Part shown: piece after piece, positions 18,821-25,926 of the stretch
How positions within the stretch are numbered: position 1 is the stretch's first letter
Layout of the letters: every line of letters starts with the position of its first letter
NCBI GenBank assembly: GCA_035454645.1
Contig: DATIGR010000017.1
Coordinates: 1 to 34,392, forward strand
Direction: 5' to 3'
DNA from: Burkholderiales bacterium
Lineage (GTDB): Bacteria; Pseudomonadota; Gammaproteobacteria; Burkholderiales; SG8-39
Length of the DNA stretch: 34,392 nucleotides
Made by a program: the position numbers and the translations under genes
The notes under the pieces: generated by a model
What the model saw: only the letters and a program-made list of their open reading frames with translations
What the model was told of the DNA's origin: nothing
Databases searched by the model: none

Positions 18821-19861
18821 CTACTTCGCCGCGACCTTCCACTCGCTGTTCCAGGCGTTGTGCTCCTTCAGGAACCTGGCGAGGCCGGGATGCACCGGGA
18901 TGTCCGGGTTGGCGCTGATGCCCTGCACCTGCATGCCGACGAAGTCGCGCGCCATCGGCTCGAACCCCGGCTCGCTCTTGGCGAGGCCGTCCCTGTTCTT
19001 GTAGAACGCCGCGAGCATCTTGTAGACCACGTCCTCCGGGATGTTGGTGCCCATGTTGTAGCCGAACAGGATCGGCACGCCCATGAGGGTGGCCGGACCG
19101 ACGGGCTTGCTGAACGCGTTCTTCGGATCGACGTTGACGACGGCGAGGCCGGCCGCCTTGATCTTGGCGACTTCGTCGGGACAGGGATTCACCACCCGGA
19201 TGTCCATGCGGATCTCGGTTTCCTTCCAGTAGGAGGCGAGCGAGCGGCCCGCGGTGGTGTAGGTGGCGGAGCCGGCGATCGAGCCCGACTGCATCGCGTC
19301 GGCGTTCGACTTCAGGTCGATCTGCACGTGCTTGAACTCGGTGCCGAGCGCCTTGTGGATGCGCTGCCAGTTCAGCCAGTTCATGAAGCCGGCGTTGGTG
19401 TAGAAGACCGGCTTGCCGCTGAAGTCCTTCCAGCACCTGAACTTGTCGGCGTCCTTGGCGGCGACCGCCATCATCGACTCCATCGGATAGGAGTACCAGG
19501 AGTGCGCGATCTCCGGCATCTTGGGCTTGTAGTCCTTGAAGCCGCCGATGCGCTCCTTAAACTGCGTCATGCCGATGTCGGCCGTGTAGGCGATCTCGCC
19601 GTTGCCGTCCATGACCGCCTTCATGGCGACGGTCGGGGACGTGTAAGGCTGGACGGTGATGGTGTATTCGCCGCCGAGCGCCTCTTCGACGACCCTGGTC
19701 ATCGCGGCCGCGATCTGATAGCCGTACGAACCCACCGGCGAGGTCGCCCAGCGCAGCGACTTGCGCTGCTGCGCGTGGGCCGGCTCGAGCGCCGCGAAAG
19801 CGAGCACCGCGGCGACGGCCGCTGCGGTCAGCGCGAAGCGAATCGGTCTTGTCTTCGGCAT
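18821..19861 (-). CDS. TRAP transporter solute receptor, TAXI family
   Basis: The ATG at 19861 is preceded by AAGGAGGAG, and a signal peptide follows (MPKTRPIRFALTAAAVAAVLAFAALEPAHAQ). The mature part starts LRWATSPVGSYGYQIAAAM...TVQPYTSPTVAMKAVMDGNGEIAY, a TAXI/NMT1-like pattern. Length is 346 aa. The track start at 19882 adds 7 aa ahead of the SD. Confidence 0.8.
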   Translation of the reverse strand: MPKTRPIRFALTAAAVAAVLAFAALEPAHAQQRKSLRWATSPVGSYGYQIAAAMTRVVEEALGGEYTITVQPYTSPTVAMKAVMDGNGEIAYTADIGMTQFKERIGGFKDYKPKMPEIAHSWYSYPMESMMAVAAKDADKFRCWKDFSGKPVFYTNAGFMNWLNWQRIHKALGTEFKHVQIDLKSNADAMQSGSIAGSATYTTAGRSLASYWKETEIRMDIRVVNPCPDEVAKIKAAGLAVVNVDPKNAFSKPVGPATLMGVPILFGYNMGTNIPEDVVYKMLAAFYKNRDGLAKSEPGFEPMARDFVGMQVQGISANPDIPVHPGLARFLKEHNAWNSEWKVAAK

Positions 19862-19883
19862 AAACTCCTCCTTTGAAACCATT

Positions 19884-20849
19884 CTACTGCGGCTTGATTC
19901 CGGCGGCGCGCACCACGCGCTGGTAGTCCTCGATCTCGCTGCGCACGAATTTCGCGAACTCCGGCGGCGACATGTCGAGCGGCGCGTTGCCCGTGTTCTT
20001 CAGCTTCTCGAGCACGCCCGGGTCGGCGAGCGCCTTGCGCACGTCGGCGTTGATCTTGCTCGCGAGCTCCGGCGCCATGCCGGCGGGGCCCCAAAGCCCG
20101 AACCAGAGCCCGAAATCCGCGCCCTTCACCCCCGCCTCGGCGGTCGTCGCCAGGTCGGGAAGCAGGGGGCTCCTCTTGCCGGTGCTGACCGCCAAGGCGT
20201 GCAGCTTGCCGGCGCGGATGTTCGAGACCCCGGCCGAGATCGGCACCCAGTAGCAGTCGACCGCGCCGTTGAAGATCGCCGCCACGACTTCGGGGGTGCC
20301 CTTGAAAGGCACCTGCGTCACGTCGACGCCGGCGGCGGTGATCAGCTTGACGGTGTTGAGGTGCGTGCCGCTGCCCACGCCGGCGTGGCCGAAATTGATC
20401 TTCCCCGGGTTCGCCTTGGCATGGGCGACCAGGTCGGCGAGCGTCTTGAAGCGCGAGCCGCCGTTTACCACCAGCACGTTCGGCAGCTCCGAGAGCGGCG
20501 CGATGTCGGTGAAATCCTTCGTCGTCTCGTAGGGCAGCTTGAGGTAGATCGCCGGATTGACCGCGTGCGCGTTCGAGTTGATGAGCAGCGTGTAGCCGTC
20601 GGGGGCCGCCTGCGCCACGACGTTCGACCCGAGCGAGCCGCCCGCCCCGGAGCGGTTCTCCGGCACCACCGGCTGGCCCCAGTACTCGGCGAGCTTGGCG
20701 GCGACGATGCGCCCGACGATGTCGGTCGCGCTCGCCGGCGTGAACGAGATAACTACGCGCACCGGCTTCGCCGGGTAGCCCTGCGCAGCCGCCTGCGCGG
20801 CGAGCGCCGCCAGCCCCAGCGCGAGCAGCCTGAAAACGTTCTTCTTCAT
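19884..20849 (-). CDS. Bug-family (TctC-like) tripartite tricarboxylate transporter substrate-binding protein, orphan
   Basis: 321-aa ORF with an ATG preceded by GGAGGAGGGG. It has a signal peptide and then the hallmark YPAKPVRVVISFTPASATDIVGR...ENRSGAGG...FGHAGVGSGTHL...VPFKG. Confidence 0.9.
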   Translation of the reverse strand: MKKNVFRLLALGLAALAAQAAAQGYPAKPVRVVISFTPASATDIVGRIVAAKLAEYWGQPVVPENRSGAGGSLGSNVVAQAAPDGYTLLINSNAHAVNPAIYLKLPYETTKDFTDIAPLSELPNVLVVNGGSRFKTLADLVAHAKANPGKINFGHAGVGSGTHLNTVKLITAAGVDVTQVPFKGTPEVVAAIFNGAVDCYWVPISAGVSNIRAGKLHALAVSTGKRSPLLPDLATTAEAGVKGADFGLWFGLWGPAGMAPELASKINADVRKALADPGVLEKLKNTGNAPLDMSPPEFAKFVRSEIEDYQRVVRAAGIKPQ

Positions 20850-20874
20850 CCCCTCCTCCTTGAGGTTTGAAAAA

Positions 20875-21945
20875 TCATGATATCCGAAGCACGGGCTTGA
20901 CGGTCTTCCCGCTCAACGAATCGGCGACCGCGCGGTTGACTTCGGCAAAGTCGTAATGCGCGATCAGCCGCTCGACCGGCAGCCGGCCGCCGCGCCAAAG
21001 CTCGAACAGCAGCGGGAAGAACTCGGCCGGCGGGGCGTCGCCCTGGATGCAGCCGCGCAGGTGCCTGCCGTGCTGAAGCTGCGCCATCTCCAGCCGCGCC
21101 TCGGTGCCCCTGCGCGCGCTCCCGACCAGGCAGCACATCCCGAGCGGCGCGAGGCAATCCACCGCCTCGCGCAGCGCCCGCGGGCTGCCGGCCGCTTCCA
21201 CGCTGTATTCAATGCCTTCGAGGCTCCGCGTTCCGGGCTTGCACACCTCGGTCGCTCCCAATGCGCGGGCGAGCTCGAGCCGGTTCTCGTGCAGGTCCAG
21301 CGCGAAGATCGTGGCGCAGCCCGCGACGCGCGCCGCCATCACGGCGGCGAGGCCGACCGAGCCGGCGCCGAACACGGCGATCGAGCTGCCGGGCTGCGGT
21401 TTGAGCACGTTGAGCACCGCGCCGGCGCCGGTGTTCACGCCGCAGGCGAACGCGGCCGCCACTTCGAGCGGCAGCTCGTCGGGCAGCCTCACGACGTTGC
21501 CTTCCGTGGCGAGAGAGAACGTGGCGAAGGCCGACTGCTGAAAGAAGCCGCCGGAAACGGGTGACCCGTTCTTCCCGAGAGGTACCCTTCCGTCCCGGAG
21601 CCGGCCGCCGAACTTGATGCGCCGTGCCTCGGCGCAATAGCCCGGCAGTCCCCTGCGGCACGCCGCACACTGGCCGCACGAGGGCGAGGTCATCACGACG
21701 CGATCGCCCGGCCGCACTTTGGTCACGGCGGCGCCGACGCGCTCCACCGTGCCGGCGCCCTCGTGGCCGAACACGCAGGGAAACGGGATGCCGAAGTAGT
21801 CGTCGCGGCCGTGGACGTCGGTCTGGCACACGCCGCAGGCGGCGACGCGCACCACGAGCTCGTCCGGTCCCGGGTCGGCGAGCTCGAGCGCCTCGAGCCG
21901 GAACGGCGCGCCCTTCTCAGGAACGAGCGCCGCCGTTATGCGCAC
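20875..21945 (-). CDS. Zn-dependent aryl-alcohol (benzyl-alcohol, XylB-like) dehydrogenase
   Basis: A GTG at 21945 gives VRITAALVPEKGAPFRLEALELADP... It has catalytic Zn motifs (CGVCQTDVH, GHEGAG, FACGVNTGAG), a structural Zn site (CGQCAACRRGLPGYC), the Rossmann motif AVFGAGSVGL, and a C-terminus KPVLRIS. The start lies 29 nt inside the upstream gene. The track ORF is over-extended to 22266. Confidence 0.88.
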   Translation of the reverse strand: MRITAALVPEKGAPFRLEALELADPGPDELVVRVAACGVCQTDVHGRDDYFGIPFPCVFGHEGAGTVERVGAAVTKVRPGDRVVMTSPSCGQCAACRRGLPGYCAEARRIKFGGRLRDGRVPLGKNGSPVSGGFFQQSAFATFSLATEGNVVRLPDELPLEVAAAFACGVNTGAGAVLNVLKPQPGSSIAVFGAGSVGLAAVMAARVAGCATIFALDLHENRLELARALGATEVCKPGTRSLEGIEYSVEAAGSPRALREAVDCLAPLGMCCLVGSARRGTEARLEMAQLQHGRHLRGCIQGDAPPAEFFPLLFELWRGGRLPVERLIAHYDFAEVNRAVADSLSGKTVKPVLRIS

Positions 21946-22570
21946 GCGTTCGCGCCCAGTAGTCCGGCGAGGACTTGCTCTTCTGCGCAGCGGCGGCGTC
22001 CTCGTGCCCCGGCGCCATGGCCGCCCGGGTGCCCGCCAGCACCTGGTGATGCTCGATGTTGAGCAGGCGCAGCCAGCTCTGCTGGCCCATCGTGAGCGCG
22101 ATGAAGCAGCCGAGCTCGACCAGCTCGGGCTCGCTGAAATGCCGGCGCAGGCGCTCCCAGAACGCGTCGTCGGTGTCCAGGTGCCAGGTGATCGCCTCGG
22201 CGTAGGCGAGCGCGGCCTTCTGCTGCTCGGAGTAGCGCGTCGATTTCTCGAAGTTGAGCAGATCACGCACGTCGTCCTCGATCATGCCGGCCGCCGCCGC
22301 CTTCATCGAGCGCTGGTTGCCGCAGTAGTCGCACTGCACCGAGCGCGACACGTACAGCCGGCAAAGCTCCTTGATCGCGTGCTCGCACACGCCGTTCCTG
22401 AAGAGATCGCGCCAGGAGTGGGCGAACGCCCAGAACGCCGCCGGCACGTGCGCGCGCACCGCCGAGCTCTCCGGGCGCGGCGTGCCCTCGCGCCGGCAGC
22501 GGTCCATCTCCTTCTGCATCTCGGGGTCCATCTTCTCGACCGGGAAGTAGCTGATGCGCTGCTTGGCCAT
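21917..22570 (-). CDS. Carboxymuconolactone decarboxylase (CMD)/AhpD-like family protein
   Basis: 217-aa ORF with an ATG preceded by GAGGAGGG. It has a CMD-like core, IKELCRLYVSRSVQCDYCGNQR...YSEQQKAALAYAEAITW, with a CxxC pair. The usual His four residues after the second Cys is Arg here. Confidence 0.72.
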   Translation of the reverse strand: MAKQRISYFPVEKMDPEMQKEMDRCRREGTPRPESSAVRAHVPAAFWAFAHSWRDLFRNGVCEHAIKELCRLYVSRSVQCDYCGNQRSMKAAAAGMIEDDVRDLLNFEKSTRYSEQQKAALAYAEAITWHLDTDDAFWERLRRHFSEPELVELGCFIALTMGQQSWLRLLNIEHHQVLAGTRAAMAPGHEDAAAAQKSKSSPDYWARTRAHNGGARS

Positions 22571-22605
22571 GGCGCCCTCCTCGGGCGTAAATCTATCATC
22601 CGCCT

Positions 22606-22980
22606 ATGTACGCCGACCATACGCCGCTGCAGGCCGCGGGCCAGCTTCTCCTCGCGTTCGCGTTCCTCGCCACCGGCGTGCGCAACGCGGGCTGGAAGTT
22701 CCGGAGCCACGCCGAGCGCATGGCGGCGTACGGTGTTCCACTACCCAGGCTGGTCCTAAGCGCCGGCTTCGTGCTGCAGTTCTCGGGCAGCTTGCTATTG
22801 CTTCTTGACTGGTACCGGGTATTCGCTGCAGGACTTCTCATTGCATTCACCATCCTTGCAAGCGCGATCTTTCACCGCTGGTGGCTCGCCGCCGACCCGC
22901 TGCTCAGCCACCTCCACCTGTCGAACCTGATCGTGAACTGCGGCGTGGTCGGCGGGCTGCTGCTGGTCGCGGCTATTTGA
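22606..22980 (+). CDS. DoxX-family small integral membrane protein
   Basis: 124-aa ORF with four predicted TM segments (QLLLAFAFLATGV; LVLSAGFVLQFSGSLLLLL; FAAGLLIAFTILASAIF; NCGVVGGLLLVAAI). This is DoxX-like topology and size. There is no SD upstream. Confidence 0.68.
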   Translation: MYADHTPLQAAGQLLLAFAFLATGVRNAGWKFRSHAERMAAYGVPLPRLVLSAGFVLQFSGSLLLLLDWYRVFAAGLLIAFTILASAIFHRWWLAADPLLSHLHLSNLIVNCGVVGGLLLVAAI

Positions 22981-24823
22981 ACACCAGGCTGAGCTGCGGC
23001 ACGAAGAGCAGGAGCAGCGTGACCGAGAGCATGCAGACCACGAACGGCGCCGCCCCGGCGAAGATGTCGCGCAGCGCGATGCGCTGGTCGTCGAGCGTGG
23101 ACTTCACCACGTACACCGAGATGCCGAAGGGCGGCGTGAGCAGGCCGATCTCCACCGCCACGACCGCGACCACGCCGAACCAGATGAGATCGCCGCCGAG
23201 CGCCTTCACCACCGGGATGGCGAAGGGCAGCGTGATCACCATGATCGACACCGAATCGAGCATGCAGCCGAGCACGACCGCGAGCGCGATGTAGAGCAGG
23301 ACGAACCCCTCCAGGCCGAAGCCCGCCCCCGCGGCGAGCGCCGACAGGCCCTGGGGCAGGCCGGACATGGCGAGCATCTGGCCGAAGATGCGCGCGCCGA
23401 GGATCAGGAACAGGACCGATACCGTGACGTAGCCGGTCTCCACCATGGTGCGCCACAGGCGGCGCCAGCCGAGCCGGCGCCGCGCGAGCGCGATCAGCAG
23501 CGCGCCGAGCGCCCCGGCGGCGCCCGATTCGGTGGGGGTGAAGACGCCGCCGTAGATGCCGCCCAGCACGACGACGATGAGCCCCACGATCGGCAGGACC
23601 TTGAGCGCCGCGCTGCGCGCGCTTTCGGTCTCGCCGTGCGCGATCGCCCGTCCCCCGACCTGGGCCGGCGCGAACGTGGCGATCAGCACGATCGCGAGCG
23701 CCATCGCGCCGGCGAGGATCAAGCCGGGCACGATCGCGGCGAGAAACAGCGCGCCGACCGATTCCTCGGCGAGAAAGCCGTACACGATGAACAGCAGGCT
23801 CGGCGGGATCAGCATGCCGAGCACCGAGGAGCCGGCCACCACGCCCACCGAGAAGCGCGGCGTGTAGCCGTGGCGCAGCATCTCCGGCGTGGCGATCTTC
23901 GTGAACACCGCGGCCGAGGCGATGGAGGAGCCGGTCACCGCGGCGAACAGCGCGTTCGCCGCCACCGTCGCGACGCCGAGGCCGCCGCGCACGCCCGCCA
24001 TCGCCCAGCGCGCCACGGCGAAGGTGTCGCGGCCGACCTCGGAAGTGCTGATCAGCAGCCCCATCAGCACGTAAAGCGGCACCACGCCGAAGAAGTAGCT
24101 GTTCAGGTACTCGGTGGCGCTTTGCGAGAGGGTGCGCACGCCCAGCCCCGCGTCGCCGCGGATCAGCCAGATGCCGGCGAAGCCGACGACGATCATGGTC
24201 ACGCCGATCGGCAGCCCGGCGACGAGCAGCAGCATCATGCAGGCCACGCCGAGCAGCCCGAGCTGGGCGTTGGTGAGGTCGAGAAAGGCGACGCAGGCGG
24301 CGAACAAGGCGGCCAGTCCCAACGCCACGCCGAGCGGGGCCCAGGGCGAGGGCCCGCGCCAGGCGGCCGCGGCGCGCCGCGCGGCGGCGGCGCACTGGAT
24401 GACGAACTCCACCGCAGTCGCCGCGGCGCCGAGCACGATCACCGCGAGGAACGGCCAGATGAGGAACACGAACACGCCCGGCGTGCCGGTAATCTCGTCG
24501 TGGGCCCAGGCATCGCGCAGCTTCGGCCAGGTGCCCCAGGTAATCAGCGCGAACATTGCCGCGCCGGCGAGGTGGTACACGCCGTTGAGGGCGTGGGCGG
24601 CGGCCGGACGCCGCGCCTCGAGCGGCTCGACGAGAAGCTCGACCCGGGTGAAGCGCCCGGCGCGCAGCGTGCTCGCCATCTGCAGGAACACCGCGGTGAC
24701 GATCGAGTAGCCGACCATCTCGGCGGCGCCCTTGATCGGCGCCGAAAACAGGTAGCGCCCGGCGACGTCGGCGCAGATCAGGAACATCAGGCCGAAGATC
24801 CACAGCGTTCCCACGCTGTTCAT
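22973..24823 (-). CDS. TRAP transporter fused small/large permease (DctQ-DctM fusion)
   Basis: 616-aa ORF. The N-terminal ~160 aa are DctQ-like (ADVAGRYLF...), followed by a DctM-like domain (LPIGVTMIVVGFAG..., FAAVTGSSIASAAVFTKIATPEM, LDSVSIMVITLPFAIP). The start is ATG 24823 with no SD. Confidence 0.88.
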   Translation of the reverse strand: MNSVGTLWIFGLMFLICADVAGRYLFSAPIKGAAEMVGYSIVTAVFLQMASTLRAGRFTRVELLVEPLEARRPAAAHALNGVYHLAGAAMFALITWGTWPKLRDAWAHDEITGTPGVFVFLIWPFLAVIVLGAAATAVEFVIQCAAAARRAAAAWRGPSPWAPLGVALGLAALFAACVAFLDLTNAQLGLLGVACMMLLLVAGLPIGVTMIVVGFAGIWLIRGDAGLGVRTLSQSATEYLNSYFFGVVPLYVLMGLLISTSEVGRDTFAVARWAMAGVRGGLGVATVAANALFAAVTGSSIASAAVFTKIATPEMLRHGYTPRFSVGVVAGSSVLGMLIPPSLLFIVYGFLAEESVGALFLAAIVPGLILAGAMALAIVLIATFAPAQVGGRAIAHGETESARSAALKVLPIVGLIVVVLGGIYGGVFTPTESGAAGALGALLIALARRRLGWRRLWRTMVETGYVTVSVLFLILGARIFGQMLAMSGLPQGLSALAAGAGFGLEGFVLLYIALAVVLGCMLDSVSIMVITLPFAIPVVKALGGDLIWFGVVAVVAVEIGLLTPPFGISVYVVKSTLDDQRIALRDIFAGAAPFVVCMLSVTLLLLFVPQLSLVFK

Positions 24824-24867
24824 GCCCAGCGTGAGGGCGCCGAAGCCCCGGCCGAGGGGGGCTAAAT

Positions 24868-25926
24868 TCAGAGCCCTCTATCCCAGTCCCGCAGCGGCTT
24901 GGCGCCGCGCTTGCGCGCCTCCTCCATGAAGATCTTCAGCACCTGGCGCCCGGCGTCGCCGTTGCGCTTGGTCCAGTCCCCCGCGATGTCGGGCAGCGCC
25001 TTCGCCCACTTCTCGCGCTCGGCCTGCGGCAGCTCCGAGACCTTCACCGCCGGGTTCTTGCCGAGCGCGGCCCAGGCCCCCGCCTCCCGCTGCGCCACGA
25101 GATCGGCGCACATCTTCGCGTAGTCGCGACCGATCTCGCGGAACAGGTCTTTCATGTGCGGCGGCAGGCCGTCAAAGGTCTTCTTGTTCATGGCGAGCGC
25201 GCCCGAGAACACCGCGCCGAGGTCGACCTTGGTGATGTAGGGCGCGACCTCGTGCAGCTTGAAGGGCAGCACGCCGGTGATCAGGATCACCGCGCCGTCG
25301 GCGACGCCGGTCTGCAGCATGTTGTAGAACACCGGCAGCCCGGCATCGACCGGGGTCACGCCGAGGCCCTGCACGCGCGCCGCGATCGCCCCCGGGGCGA
25401 GGAGCTTGCGGCCCTTCAGGTCCTCGAGGCTGGTCACCGGAAACTTGGTGACGAGATGGTAGGAGTCCGCGGCCTGGGCGCCGAGAAACACGGTGTTGTG
25501 CTTGGTCCACTCGGCGGCGAACGCGGGCACCCGCTCCATGAGCCGCTGCTGCAGCTCGGTCATCAGGTGCACGTCGCCGCTGACGAACGGGAAGTAGTAC
25601 GCGACGTTCTGCAGCGGCTGCTTCGCCGGCTCCCAGAGCGAGCCCACCCAGCCGATGTCGGCGAGGCCGTCGCCGACGCCCTCGAGGGTGTTGTTGAAGT
25701 CGTAGAGCGCCCCGGCGTAGGCCTCGGTCCACTGGATGGTATCCGGCAGCCCGGCCGCCTTGAGCCGCTTGTTCGACTCGGGGACGACCAGGGTCTTCAG
25801 CGGCAGCGTCCAGGGCAGCACCGGCGGATGGCTCGAGCCGATGGTCATCTTGTAGTCCCGCGCTGCTGCGGGCAGCGCGAGCATGAAGGCAACCCAGAAG
25901 GCGATTGCGATTGTGAAAATCCTCAT
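24868..25926 (-). CDS. TRAP transporter substrate-binding protein, DctP family (atypical ligand site)
   Basis: The ATG at 25926 forms an ATGA overlap with the upstream stop. It has a signal peptide (MRIFTIAIAFWVAFMLALPAAA) and DctP-like blocks (SLEDLKGRKLLAPG...LGVTPVDAGLPVFYNMLQTGVADGAV...FKLHEVAPYIT). Length is 352 aa. The track ORF is over-extended to 26382. Confidence 0.85.
   Translation of the reverse strand: MRIFTIAIAFWVAFMLALPAAARDYKMTIGSSHPPVLPWTLPLKTLVVPESNKRLKAAGLPDTIQWTEAYAGALYDFNNTLEGVGDGLADIGWVGSLWEPAKQPLQNVAYYFPFVSGDVHLMTELQQRLMERVPAFAAEWTKHNTVFLGAQAADSYHLVTKFPVTSLEDLKGRKLLAPGAIAARVQGLGVTPVDAGLPVFYNMLQTGVADGAVILITGVLPFKLHEVAPYITKVDLGAVFSGALAMNKKTFDGLPPHMKDLFREIGRDYAKMCADLVAQREAGAWAALGKNPAVKVSELPQAEREKWAKALPDIAGDWTKRNGDAGRQVLKIFMEEARKRGAKPLRDWDRGL

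Noticed and set aside
16910-19876. A 988-aa ORF on the plus strand (the longest in the track).
   Set aside because: It is antisense to the TAXI permease and receptor genes. Its translation is Arg/Asp/His/Gly-rich low-complexity sequence with no motifs. Such stop-free antisense frames are expected at about 70% GC.
22596-22853. An 85-aa minus-strand ORF opposite doxX.
   Set aside because: Its translation is not hydrophobic or domain-like, and it has no SD. The doxX frame gives a coherent four-TM protein.
24841-24862. A possible hairpin (gcccc...ggggc) between the DctP and DctQM genes.
   Set aside because: The stem is only 5 bp in GC-rich sequence, which is not distinguishable from chance.
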